Shown in pieces: positions 8,299-17,810 of a stretch of DNA of 64,000 bases (position 1 is the first letter of the stretch; each line of letters begins with the position of its first letter). The notes below the pieces were generated by a model that saw only the letters and a program-made list of their open reading frames with translations, was not told where the DNA came from and did no database searches. The DNA is from Myxococcota bacterium (GTDB lineage: Bacteria > Myxococcota_A > UBA796 > JAJRTE01), in the NCBI GenBank assembly GCA_024278455.1, contig JAJRTE010000133.1, positions 9,658 to 73,657 of the forward strand. The letters are read 5' to 3'. A program made the translations under genes and the position numbers.

Positions 8299-11070
8299 TC
8301 AATCTGCTGTGGAGTCGTCTGGACTGAACGAAATGCTCGACGCCTGGTTGTCCAGGACGTCCTGGCGATAGAATGGTACCACACGATACTGGTTGTCGAG
8401 GTAGGATGGCAACTGGTCGTTGAAGTGGGTGTCCTCCGGGCGTTCGGACTGCCCCCCGGGCAGGATGTCCCAGACGGTGATCTGGCCGGGCTCGAGCGCG
8501 TAGATGGTGCGTTGACTCGGACCGTTGGTCACGTCGAACGTCTCGGGGACCTGCCCCCCGGAAGTGAGCTTGAATTCGGCCACGTCCACGGTGAAGTATC
8601 CCCCGTCGATGGCGAACGGCCCGGCAGTCGCACCGGGCAGAAACGCCTCGGCAGGGTCGTTGAGCGTCAGCAGGTGGTTGGGTGCCCAGGTCCAGCTCTC
8701 CGCGCCTCCGTAACGGGCAGCCAGCGTGTCCGCCGCGTCCAGCAGTGCGTGGAGCAGGATTTCGTCGCGGGTTTCCACGGTCTCGGTGGTATGGTCGTCG
8801 AAGTAGTTGAGCCCGCTCTGGGAAGGAAAATAGGCCGTTCCCGCCTCGATATCGGCGATGGTGTCTCGAGTCGCGTCCAGGAAGTAGGCGAGCGGACGGC
8901 TCAACATGTTGATGTAGTCCGCGCCGAGTTCATCGAACAGGGCACCGATGGTCTCGTCGGCAAACACATCCCGGAGCAAGGTTGCGATCCAGACGTGGAA
9001 AAGCAGCGCCGCGCCGGCGTCGCTGGATGCCTCGTAATCCCAGTTCTCCAGCAGGGCGAGGGCGCTGGCCGCATCGTCGGTCACGAGGTCCGGCCGGTTC
9101 TGCGCGGCATCGAGGAGGTACGGGAGGAAATGGGAGGCATAGCGCATGGTGATGTCCCCCTGGATGCTGGCCATGGTGTCCATGGACACCGGGCCTTCCG
9201 CGAAGGCCGCCCCGAGCCGCTCGGTGATACGGGCCGCACGGGTGCCCAGGTCGTAGATACCGCTGAGGTACACCGGGTCATTGAACACGTCGTTGTCCTG
9301 GACGTTGCCGCCCGGGTCGTTGTTGGCCGTTGCGATGAACCCGGCCTCGGGATTGACCGCGTGGGGAATCACGTCCGGGTCCAGGTATTCCCCGGTCCAT
9401 TCGTAGCCGCCGGAACCAGGGAGGAGCGCGTAGGGGGGGTAGGCAGGGTCCAACTGCTCGCGAACAGGTATGTCGGACAGGGCGAAGTAGGCGATGTCCC
9501 CGCTGGTGTTCGCGAAGACCCAGTTCTGCGCCCCGACGCGCATGTGGCCGAGCGCGGCCTCGAAATCCTCCACGCTCTGGACTCGAGCCAGGTCGATGAA
9601 GGTCCTGAGCCCGGTGACAGGCCGGCTTCCGGTCCACTTGACGCTGACGAAGAACGGCAGTTCCCCGATGACTTCCCTCGGCAGTATCGGGCCGTGGTGA
9701 GGCACCGTGCGGATGGTGACGTACTGGTCCACGGCGTCGTCCACCGTGCCGCCGGGCTGACGCACGCGGATCGTTTCACGCCGAACGGTCATATCCACCC
9801 AATCGTTGTTGAAGAGCACCTGGTTGCCACGAACCTCCTCGAGATAGAGATCGGTGACATCGGCGAAGTTGTTCGTCACGCCCCAGGCGGCGACCTGGTT
9901 GTGGCCGAAGACCACGCCGGGCGCGCCGGCGAACGTGTATCCCATGACGTCGATGTCTCCCCCCTGCTCGGCGGTGTTGAGGTGGACCTGATAGTAGGTG
10001 GCCGGGGCGTCGACACCCTGGTGCGTGTCGTTGGCCAGCAAGGGATAGCCGCTGCTCGTACGGGCACCCGACACGACCCAGTTGTTGCTCCCGCCACCGA
10101 ACTCCGGCAGCCCGAGCAACGGTCGCTGGTGGAGATATCGCCCGAGATCCTCGACGGACACCCCCAGGTTCAGCTTCGCGGCGACTCGAGCGGTGCTCTC
10201 CGTGCCCATGCCGTCGTAGAACCCGGGCACGATGACGGCGTCATCGATCGGTTGCGGCCTGACGAGGTCCGCGACGACGAGTGGGTCGAGGGCGGCGATG
10301 ATCAACCCGACGTTGAGTTCGATGTCGGCGGTGCTCGAGAGGTCATAGGTGATTGCCTTTTCGACGGCCAGGGTATCGGTTGGGTACCATGGGTCGGGCT
10401 GGTAGCCCAGGGCCTCGATCTGCGGCGGCAGGGATGCCCCGTCCCGCGCATCGAGAGCGGCCTCGAGGTAGGCGTTCACGCCGGCGGAGAAGGCGTCGAG
10501 AATGGCGGCGAGGTCCGGGTCGGAGGTCTGCAAGCCGGTGTAAGTCTCGGCTGCGAGGCCGGCGAGGTTCATGGTCCGCGCGCCGGCGTCCGCGGCGAAC
10601 CAGGCAGCACCCAGGATCTCGGCCAGCCGGCCTCTGGCGGCGCGCCGATTGAAGTCCATCTGCCAGAGCCGGTCTCGAGCCTCGACCCACCCTTGCGCCC
10701 ACACCGCGTCGGTCAGGGTGGTTGCGTAGATGTGGGGAACTCCGGCGGTGTCGAAGATCACCTCCACCGGCGCCGAAAGGGTGTACTCGGGGGGCGGCGG
10801 GGCCGGGGTCGGTGTCGGTTCCGGCGTGGGGGTCGGAGCGGGTTCCGGCGTCGCGGTCGGGCTTGGCGCCGGAGTCGGATTTGGCGCCGGTTTCGGCGTG
10901 TCCGTCGGTTCCACGCCCTCGGTCACATCGTCGTCCCCGGTCACATCGTCGTCCCCGGCCTGTGGGGTCGCGGTGTCGATGTCGCCCGGTGTCGGAGCCT
11001 GGTCGTCGTCCTGTCCGCAACCAGGCGCCAGAGCAAGGAGGGAAAGCCAGAACAGGCAGCGGTATTGCAC
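8299..11070 (-). CDS. Penicillin amidase / N-acyl-homoserine lactone acylase family (Ntn hydrolase) lipoprotein
   Basis: Lipobox LLALAPGCGQ. Asp/Pro/Thr-rich linker. GGSNNWVVSGARTSSGYPLLANDTH is the classic penicillin acylase beta-subunit nucleophile motif. 923 aa. Confidence 0.85.
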   Translation of the reverse strand: MQYRCLFWLSLLALAPGCGQDDDQAPTPGDIDTATPQAGDDDVTGDDDVTEGVEPTDTPKPAPNPTPAPSPTATPEPAPTPTPEPTPTPAPPPPEYTLSAPVEVIFDTAGVPHIYATTLTDAVWAQGWVEARDRLWQMDFNRRAARGRLAEILGAAWFAADAGARTMNLAGLAAETYTGLQTSDPDLAAILDAFSAGVNAYLEAALDARDGASLPPQIEALGYQPDPWYPTDTLAVEKAITYDLSSTADIELNVGLIIAALDPLVVADLVRPQPIDDAVIVPGFYDGMGTESTARVAAKLNLGVSVEDLGRYLHQRPLLGLPEFGGGSNNWVVSGARTSSGYPLLANDTHQGVDAPATYYQVHLNTAEQGGDIDVMGYTFAGAPGVVFGHNQVAAWGVTNNFADVTDLYLEEVRGNQVLFNNDWVDMTVRRETIRVRQPGGTVDDAVDQYVTIRTVPHHGPILPREVIGELPFFVSVKWTGSRPVTGLRTFIDLARVQSVEDFEAALGHMRVGAQNWVFANTSGDIAYFALSDIPVREQLDPAYPPYALLPGSGGYEWTGEYLDPDVIPHAVNPEAGFIATANNDPGGNVQDNDVFNDPVYLSGIYDLGTRAARITERLGAAFAEGPVSMDTMASIQGDITMRYASHFLPYLLDAAQNRPDLVTDDAASALALLENWDYEASSDAGAALLFHVWIATLLRDVFADETIGALFDELGADYINMLSRPLAYFLDATRDTIADIEAGTAYFPSQSGLNYFDDHTTETVETRDEILLHALLDAADTLAARYGGAESWTWAPNHLLTLNDPAEAFLPGATAGPFAIDGGYFTVDVAEFKLTSGGQVPETFDVTNGPSQRTIYALEPGQITVWDILPGGQSERPEDTHFNDQLPSYLDNQYRVVPFYRQDVLDNQASSISFSPDDSTAD

Positions 11071-11245
11071 TTCAAAACCTCCATGTTATGTGGTATGAAG
11101 AGTGTCTGCATGGTAGCATGGTCGCAGCGGGAGAGCAACAGCATTGCGTGGAGATATCCGTGACAATCGCCATGTCGGCGCTGACTCTCGAGAGGCCCTG
11201 GCGCTCTCGTGGGACACCACTTCGAGACGATATGGGAGGTCCATC

Positions 11246-13180
11246 GTGATTCGGTACGGGGTCCAGGGACTATCGAAAAAGGCGGCGGGACGCCCGACCC
11301 GGATCCGGGTGGCGTTGGCGACGTGCCTGTTCATCGTGCTGGCGGTGGGGCAACCGGCGGCGGGCTCGAGCGGCGAGGCGGGTTCTCTCTACGCCTGGGG
11401 CGACGAGGCTTTGCTTCCGTTTCCCAACGATGTGTATACGCGGCCGGATCCCAACACCCCCACCGGCCGGCACCTGGTGATCCCCTCAGGCGTGTGGACC
11501 GACGACTTGCTGGACCAGGCACCGTTCGACGCCCGGGCCGTCGTCGAGCGGCTCGAGGCCCAGGACGGCTTTTCGCCCAACCTCCCCATCCTGTTAACCG
11601 TGCCGGCGGCGTTGGCGCCCGACATGCTGCCGGACCTCGAGGCGAGTCGTCGCGCGGACAGTCCGGTCGCGCTCATCAACCTCGACGCGCTGAGCCGGCT
11701 GCCGTTTCGCGTCTTCAGTCAGACCAGGGAGGAAGATGGAAAGGTCGTCACCTTGCTCGTACTCTCCCCCTACGATCGCCTCGAGCACGGTCGCCGCTAC
11801 GCCGTGATCGTCAGACGCGGACTGACCGACACCGCCGGACAGCCTGTTCCGCCCCCCGAACAGCTCTCCAAGGTGCTTTCCGGCGCGTTCGACACTGCTG
11901 CGGAGGACGCGGCGTGGGATCCCGCGCAGGTGGCCGCGGTGTCGGACCTGGCCGGCGCCATCGAGCCACTGGGGTACGCCCGGACGGACATCGCGCTTCT
12001 GTTCGCCTTCACCGTCGAATCGCGTGAAAGCTACGTGCGCCCGTTGAAAGCGCTCGACGCCTTCGTGGAGCAAAGGCGGGATGAGGTCCGGTACACGGTC
12101 AACGACCTGGACATCCGGCCCCGGCCGCTCAAGGGCAAGGATTCGGCGAGAATCCAGGGTAGAGGCACATTCACGGCCTTGCGTTTCGTCAACGACGAGG
12201 GGAGGCTTCTCGAGCAGCCGGTCGAGCAGGACCTGGTTTTCTTGCTGCGCCTCCCCGAACAATGCCCTCGAGGCGGCTGTCCAGTGGCCATTTTCGGACA
12301 CGGACTATCCGCGACGCGGGGCACCATGTTCCAGGTCTCGGACGCGCTCGCGTCTCGAGGCATCGCCACGATCGCGACGAATACCATCTGGCACAACAAC
12401 TTCATACAGCCGTTCAAGGTCGTGCTCGGCGCTCGGAAGAACCTGGACCTGTTTCTGGCCACGTTCCTCGAGCACATCCTGCGGAACGCCCAGCTCGTGG
12501 AGGTGATCCGCCAGGACCTGGCGCTGCGGGACCTGAGACCCACGACCTGGATCCAAGATGGGCGCGGCGAGCCGGTACGGTTGCGCCCGGACCGCATATT
12601 CTACATCGGGCAATCCCTGGGCGGCCTGTGCGGCGTGGCCACCTGCTTCCTGGCGCCCGATATCAAGGCCGCCGTGTTCGACGTGGCCGGTGGATCGGCG
12701 GTGGACATGCTCTTCGACAGCCGGCTGATGGACCTCATGGGCGTGCCGCTCTACACGTTTCCAGGTCTCGACGAGCGAGACAGTCTGCTCCTCATGCCCC
12801 TCGCTGCCTACCTCTTCGACGCCGTCGACCCTCTCGGCTACGCCCCTTTCCTGCGGGAGGCGCCGGCGGACGGCCAGTATCCCCGGCTCGTCACCCAACA
12901 GGCCGGTCTCGGCGACGGCCTCGTCCCCAACTGGACCACCGACAAGCTGGCTCGAGCCCTCGGGCTTCCCCTGGCATGGGATCGGGCCGATGCGCCGGAC
13001 GACCTGTTGGAGGCCCCGTTCGGCGGCCCAGCGCTTCGCTACTTCCACTTCAACAACAACTGGTTCCTTGCACACCTCGAGCTGTTCCACACGGCCCCCG
13101 TGGTGGCGGATTTCTTCGAATGGTCCACGCGCTGGCTGGGGACGGACGAAGATGTCGCCGGCCTGCGCCCCGGACGCTGA
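11246..13180 (+). CDS. Secreted alpha/beta-hydrolase-fold lipase/esterase-like protein
   Basis: GTG start 6 nt after GGGAGG. Signal peptide VALATCLFIVLAVGQPAAG. GHGLS and GQSLGG (GxSxG) nucleophile-elbow motifs. The listed ORF start 11144 is probably an upstream extension. Confidence 0.5.
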   Translation: MIRYGVQGLSKKAAGRPTRIRVALATCLFIVLAVGQPAAGSSGEAGSLYAWGDEALLPFPNDVYTRPDPNTPTGRHLVIPSGVWTDDLLDQAPFDARAVVERLEAQDGFSPNLPILLTVPAALAPDMLPDLEASRRADSPVALINLDALSRLPFRVFSQTREEDGKVVTLLVLSPYDRLEHGRRYAVIVRRGLTDTAGQPVPPPEQLSKVLSGAFDTAAEDAAWDPAQVAAVSDLAGAIEPLGYARTDIALLFAFTVESRESYVRPLKALDAFVEQRRDEVRYTVNDLDIRPRPLKGKDSARIQGRGTFTALRFVNDEGRLLEQPVEQDLVFLLRLPEQCPRGGCPVAIFGHGLSATRGTMFQVSDALASRGIATIATNTIWHNNFIQPFKVVLGARKNLDLFLATFLEHILRNAQLVEVIRQDLALRDLRPTTWIQDGRGEPVRLRPDRIFYIGQSLGGLCGVATCFLAPDIKAAVFDVAGGSAVDMLFDSRLMDLMGVPLYTFPGLDERDSLLLMPLAAYLFDAVDPLGYAPFLREAPADGQYPRLVTQQAGLGDGLVPNWTTDKLARALGLPLAWDRADAPDDLLEAPFGGPALRYFHFNNNWFLAHLELFHTAPVVADFFEWSTRWLGTDEDVAGLRPGR

Positions 13181-13232
13181 CCGGCCGAACAAGCCCACGG
13201 CCGCCTCGATCAACCCCGAACCGGAGGTCCTG

Positions 13233-14642
13233 ATGTCCCTGTTCAAATGGATGGCACCCCTCATCGTGCTCATCGCCCCATCAGCCACCCTTTCCGAGTG
13301 TCCGGAGGGCGGTGACCAAACGCCGACACCCCGCCCCGACATGCCTCGAGCCGCCTGTGACATGGCCCCGTACGACTTGGTGCCGCGCGCCGAGGTTGGA
13401 CACGTGGTGGACTGGGAGGAGCTGAGCATGTTCGACCTGAGTGCCGCGGCGGTCGATGCACTGCTCGCGTCAAGCGGCTACGACGCGCTATCACCTGTGC
13501 CCTACGGGTGCCGGGTGTTCCGATACCGGTACACGACCCAGGACCGTGGTCAGGTGGTGGAAGCGACCGCGGTGCTGGGGGTCCCTGCCAACGCGCTGCT
13601 GCCCCCGGAGCCGTTCCCGTACGCCTTGTACCTCCACGGCACGACCGGCTATTCGGATCCTTGCGCGCCGAGCGCGATGATCCCGGACGGACCTTCCCAG
13701 CCGGCCCTGGTGGCCGCGCTCGGTTTCGTGGCCGTGGCGCCGGACTACATCGGCATGAACGGCATGGGAGAGCCGTCCACGACCACCCACGGGTACCTCG
13801 TCGGCGAACAGGTGGCTATCGGCTCGTGGGATGCGTTGCGGGCCGGCAAGGAACTCCTCGAGGGTCCTCTCGGCTTGCTCGAGGCGAAGGGAGGGAACGA
13901 TGTCGTTCTGTGGGGCGGGTCTCAAGGCGGCCACGCGGCGCTCTTCACCGAGTTGTACGGCCCCTACTACGCACCGGAGTTCCCGGTCGTCGCCGCCGTC
14001 GCCGCGGTGCCGCCGTCGACGATCCCGCCGCTGGTCGAAATCGGCCTCGAGGCGTTTGGCCCCCCGACCATCGCGCTGGCTGCCGCGGTCACCACGATGA
14101 GGGCCTGGTACGGCGCCCCGGATGATCTGTACAGCGTGTTCACCAACGAGGACCCCTACTACCTCGCGGACAACGCGGAAGCCTACGTGTTCGTCGAGGA
14201 CGAATGCAACCCGGGTGAGGGGCTCGACGCGGACACCGTGGAGGCGATCTATGTCCAGCCCTTCATCGATGCGGTGCTCGAGGGCCGTTGGGACGAGGTC
14301 GAGCCCTGGACCTGCTACTTCCAGGAGAACTCCCTGGCCACATCGTCGCTCGCGCCGCTGCGTTTCACGCCCACGCTGATGGCATACGCCGAGAACGACG
14401 ACCTGGTAGTCACCGAACCGCAGCGGGAGGATTTCGTTCAATTGTGTAAGATGGGGTACCAGTTGGAGTATCGTGAATGCCAGGGCGCCGGCCATTCGGA
14501 GGGGGCGTTGTGGTCGTTACCTTACCAACTGCAATGGCTCAGGGACAGGCTGGCCGGGCTTGAGATTCCGCCGGAGAAACTTTGCCAGGTGACTGCCCCG
14601 GTCTGTTGTTCCGCGTCACCGGAAGAGGTGTGCACGCCCTGA
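13233..14642 (+). CDS. Secretory lipase (LIP) family-like alpha/beta hydrolase
   Basis: ATG preceded by GGAGG. Signal peptide MSLFKWMAPLIVLIAPSA. YLHGTTGY ... WGGSQGGHAAL motif typical of the secretory lipase family. Tandem with the previous hydrolase. Confidence 0.5.
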   Translation: MSLFKWMAPLIVLIAPSATLSECPEGGDQTPTPRPDMPRAACDMAPYDLVPRAEVGHVVDWEELSMFDLSAAAVDALLASSGYDALSPVPYGCRVFRYRYTTQDRGQVVEATAVLGVPANALLPPEPFPYALYLHGTTGYSDPCAPSAMIPDGPSQPALVAALGFVAVAPDYIGMNGMGEPSTTTHGYLVGEQVAIGSWDALRAGKELLEGPLGLLEAKGGNDVVLWGGSQGGHAALFTELYGPYYAPEFPVVAAVAAVPPSTIPPLVEIGLEAFGPPTIALAAAVTTMRAWYGAPDDLYSVFTNEDPYYLADNAEAYVFVEDECNPGEGLDADTVEAIYVQPFIDAVLEGRWDEVEPWTCYFQENSLATSSLAPLRFTPTLMAYAENDDLVVTEPQREDFVQLCKMGYQLEYRECQGAGHSEGALWSLPYQLQWLRDRLAGLEIPPEKLCQVTAPVCCSASPEEVCTP

Positions 14643-14681
14643 GCCCCCGGGCGGCTTGGCCGTGGCCGGCTGCGCGGCCGC

Positions 14682-15965
14682 CTACTGCTCTCCCTTGTCG
14701 ATCACGAAACGCGCGTTGTGGATTTCCATGGTGGACGTGAAGTTCTCCCCTTCCGACGTGAAAGAATCGCTCACGTACCAGACCTCATAGCGATCCGTGC
14801 TTTCCTCCGCACTGTAGTAGACCCAGTCCAGGTCGGAACTGTCGGCATCTTCATCGTTGTCGAGGGTGCCCGTGACGGTGATCATGCCCGCGGCGACAGT
14901 CATCTCCGCCCACACCACGTCGGTGCCGTCCGTGCCCGTGCCCCTCGAGAAGCACATCTTCAGCTCTCGAGTGTCGGTCTCGCCTTCCCACGCGCCGATG
15001 AAGTAGGTGGGCTCGAAATAGAGACAGTTTGCCGGCCAGCCATCCGGGATACCGAGGCCCGGCGCATGGCCGCCGCCCAGCAGCGTCTGCTCGAACACGT
15101 CGGTCTGAGGATTGCCGCCGAAGGTGTAGTCGCTGACAAGGACCTCGATCTCACCCCCCACGACCATGTCGTAGCCGGCGCAGCCGTTGTTGAGCGTCTC
15201 GAGACCGGCGGCATTGTCGCCCCAGTCGTCGGCGGTGTCCACCAACCCGTCGCAATCGTCGTCGTACCCGTTGCAGATCTCGGCGGCTCCCGGATTGATG
15301 GACCACATCTTGTCGTCGCAGTCGTCGTCCGTAGCCGCGTAGCCTTCGGGGATCGTGCAGTACGTCTTGGTGTCGGCGTCGGTGCCGTAGCCGTCGCCAT
15401 CCTCGTCGAGGTAGTAGGTCGCGGTGGTCAGCTCTTCGTCCACGCTCCCGTCGCAGTCGTTGTCCTTGCCATCGCAAAGCTCCGGCACACCGGGACGCAC
15501 GGCCGAGTCTTCGTCATCGCAATCGTCGCCACCCGCATCCACCGCATCGTGGCCGTCCCCGTCCACGTCCACGAGATCGCTCCCATCGCAGTCCTGGTCG
15601 ATCCCGTCGTAGGGCGTCTCGGGCGCGCCTGGATAGACGGTCGGATCGTCGTCATCGCAATCGCTATCGGCCGGATGGCCGTCGGCGTCGGCATCGTTTC
15701 CTGCCACGGGGGTCGGCGTGGTCTCGGGGGCGGCGGTCGGCGTGACATCGGGCGCGGCGGTCGGCGTGGCCATGGACATCGGCGTCGGGGTCACAGCCGG
15801 GGGTTCGGTGGGCGCCGGCGTGCTGTTGTCAGGCCGCGCCGTGGGGGTGGCTTCCGGAGTCGGCGACGGGGTTTCCTCACCGCCCCCTTCTCCGCAGCCC
15901 GGAGCGCTGATGAACAGGACGGCGCCGGCCGCCAAAGTGAACAGGGAATAGCGTAGAGTCATCAT
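14682..15965 (-). CDS. MopE-like Cys-rich metal-binding-repeat lipoprotein
   Basis: Lipobox FISAPGCGEG. Pro/Thr/Ala linker. Repeats CDDDDPTVYPGAPE..DQDCDG and CDDEDSAVRPGVPELCDGKDNDCDGSVDE. C-terminal domain of unknown fold. Confidence 0.55.
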   Translation of the reverse strand: MMTLRYSLFTLAAGAVLFISAPGCGEGGGEETPSPTPEATPTARPDNSTPAPTEPPAVTPTPMSMATPTAAPDVTPTAAPETTPTPVAGNDADADGHPADSDCDDDDPTVYPGAPETPYDGIDQDCDGSDLVDVDGDGHDAVDAGGDDCDDEDSAVRPGVPELCDGKDNDCDGSVDEELTTATYYLDEDGDGYGTDADTKTYCTIPEGYAATDDDCDDKMWSINPGAAEICNGYDDDCDGLVDTADDWGDNAAGLETLNNGCAGYDMVVGGEIEVLVSDYTFGGNPQTDVFEQTLLGGGHAPGLGIPDGWPANCLYFEPTYFIGAWEGETDTRELKMCFSRGTGTDGTDVVWAEMTVAAGMITVTGTLDNDEDADSSDLDWVYYSAEESTDRYEVWYVSDSFTSEGENFTSTMEIHNARFVIDKGEQ

Positions 15966-16337
15966 GGGGAACTCCTCTCGAAAACTGACGTGAATCGACT
16001 ACGACACAACAAGTACGCACGTGAAACCCGGCCGCGGCTTGGCAACCCGGGTGCCACGTTGGTGTGGCCGGAAGATGGCGTCTCCACGGGGCGACCGGAT
16101 GATTCGAGCGTACCAGCACGGGCGTAGTCAGCACAACTATCTGCGGGACTGCATGATGGTGAGACAGCAACCTGGCAAAGAATCTGGCTTGATACGCTCA
16201 ATCGTGGGTATCAAAGGTAAAATCATGGTGCCTGGTCTGTCAATCCCTGCAAGATACGCGGGGGTGCAATTCCGGCAATGCCGGAATTCTGGTCTCAGGC
16301 TCCCCCGACATGGAAACGGTCCTGCGGCAAGACGAGA

Positions 16338-16392
16338 CGGGACGGAAGAAAGTAGGAACCCCGCTAAAACCCTTGAAGATCCCAGCGAGTCC
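16338..16392. repeat. Direct repeat copy 1 (~55-60 nt, hairpin-forming) of the element also found at 17122-17179
   Basis: gacggaagaaagtaggaaccccgctaaaacccttgaagatcccagcgagtcc versus gacggaagaaagcaagaaacccgctgaaacccttgaagattccagcgggtttgcc (~85% identity). Copy 1 is followed by a T-run (ccctttttcg). Confidence 0.6.
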
Positions 16393-16568
16393 CTTTTTCG
16401 ATGCGCATCGCAGGAAGCCAAGAGTGCTCGCACGGTCAGCATTCCATGTCGGATTGAGAATTCGATGTGGGGCGAGAGGATCGTTCTTGGAGGCAACTAC
16501 ACAGGTATCTGTGCCGGGCCTTGACCGGCCATCAGGAAGAGTCGGTCCGCGTGGTGACGGAATCGGTC

Positions 16569-16670
16569 TTAGCCGGCGTAACGGTGAAAGTACAGATCGA
16601 GGGCTTCATCACCAGACTTGAAACTCTGGCGGTCGTCGTTGTTCCGAAGGACTCGAATCTCAACGGTCAT
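16569..16670 (-). pseudogene. Truncated GNAT-family toxin (TacT-like) remnant, only ~33 codons
   Basis: MTVEIRVLRNNDDRQSFKSGDEALDLYFHRYAG* resembles the N-terminus of TacT-type acetyltransferase toxins (HDRSQFDCGNEALNxWL). It overlaps the 3' end of the upstream antitoxin by 11 nt. A stop follows after 33 aa and no GNAT core is present. Confidence 0.4.
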
Positions 16671-16926
16671 TGAACAACCGCTGCATGGCCTCGGTTGGTG
16701 CGGGAGGGTGAAAGGTGAGATCACGCACCCGCTCGGCGCTCTCTCTCGAGAGCACGACCCGGACCGGAACAATGATGTCCTGTGGGATCTCATCCAGCGC
16801 CTGCAGGTGGTGCAGTAGTGCCTGTTCCACCAGGTGCGCTCGAGTCACACCGGTCGCACGCACATGGCGCCCCATGCGTGCCTTGGTTTCCTCGGAAACA
16901 ACGGCGGAAATCTCTGTTCTTGCCAC
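16660..16926 (-). CDS. DUF1778/TacA-like ribbon-helix-helix antitoxin
   Basis: 88 aa. Terminal IVPVRVVLSRESAERVRDLTFHPPAPTEAMQRLF matches the TacA C-terminal pattern (VLSxRDxExFLxALxNPPxPNEALxRA). Confidence 0.55.
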   Translation of the reverse strand: MARTEISAVVSEETKARMGRHVRATGVTRAHLVEQALLHHLQALDEIPQDIIVPVRVVLSRESAERVRDLTFHPPAPTEAMQRLFNDR

Positions 16927-17121
16927 AGGAACCTCCCTTGCTCGGACCAGGTTCTACAATATCCTAGAACCTACCAAACACACTGTCGAGGACAAGAGAA
17001 GCAAGCCTTCCAGCGAACGACGACTGCCGTAAAGGACTATCGAGCGGGGTCATGTCCGGGCCGCGATACGCTGTAGCCTTCGGTGCCAATCGGGGTACGG
17101 GGACGACTCGAACTGGAGGCG

Positions 17122-17179
17122 GGGACGGAAGAAAGCAAGAAACCCGCTGAAACCCTTGAAGATTCCAGCGGGTTTGCCC
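17122..17179. repeat. Direct repeat copy 2; on the minus strand forms a 10-bp hairpin (AAACCCGCUG...CAGCGGGUUU) followed by a U-rich tract, terminator-like just downstream of tRNA-Ala
   Basis: aaacccgctg aaacccttgaagattc cagcgggttt is a perfect inverted repeat. The reverse-strand downstream sequence is CUUGCUUUCUUCC. Confidence 0.55.
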
Positions 17180-17191
17180 AAGGACGCGATG

Positions 17192-17267
17192 TGGTGGAGC
17201 TAAGGAGGATCGAACTCCTGACCTCATGACTGCCAGTCATGCGCTCTCCCAGCTGAGCTATAGCCCC
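17192..17267 (-). tRNA. tRNA-Ala (anticodon GGC), CCA encoded
   Basis: Reverse complement GGGGCTATAGCTCAGCTGGGAGAGCGCATGACTGGCAGTCATGAGGTCAGGAGTTCGATCCTCCTTAGCTCCACCA. 7-bp acceptor stem with G3:U70 Ala identity pair. D-loop AGCTCAGCTGGGAGAGC. Anticodon loop CTGGCAG. T-loop GGTTCGATCC-like. Confidence 0.9.
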
Positions 17268-17810
17268 GCACCGCTCGAGAACGCTTGATCGTCTCAGAAT
17301 GTGTATGTAGCCCCATCGAACGCTTTCGTCAACCCTTTATTGCGAGAAAGCGGCAGAGTGGCACGTTCCCCCCCTCTACAATCCGCCGAGTTCCTCCTCG
17401 AGCGCCTGGATACGGTCATCGAGTTCCTGGAGAACTTCGAACGGCCGCTGGAACCCCGGCAGCCTGGGGATGGCGCCGTCCTGGAGCTGCGCGTATGCCT
17501 CCCTCCCCAATCGCTCGAACACCTGCCTCCGGTCCTTCTCGAGGCTTCTCAGCTCCAGCCGGAGCTTGCCCATGCTCGCCTGCTGGGCCACGATTTCTCG
17601 ACCTTTCGCCAGGATCTGCTTGAATTCCCCCATGGCTGCTCCCCTCAGTTACGGCCTTCGACGCCTGGCAGCGCGAGAAGAGGCTTCCAGTTTGCCTCGA
17701 TCCAGCGAACGCACAGTGCTTCAACCGTTTATACTCCTCGATCGGCGGGGCGTCAACCTCGAGGCGTCCCCTTTTTGGTTGAAGCCGACGTGCCCCTTTG
17801 CTATGAATGC

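Noticed and set aside
8215-11163. 982-aa plus-strand ORF
   Set aside because: Antisense to the penicillin-acylase gene, which has an unmistakable GGSNNW nucleophile motif and lipobox. The plus-frame product is low-complexity Gly/Val/Arg.
16338-17179. Interpretation of the paired ~60-nt repeats as integrase attL/attR sites
   Set aside because: No integrase/recombinase gene is present, and the repeat does not overlap the tRNA 3' end as att sites usually do. I kept it only as a 'scar or MITE/terminator-like element' hypothesis.
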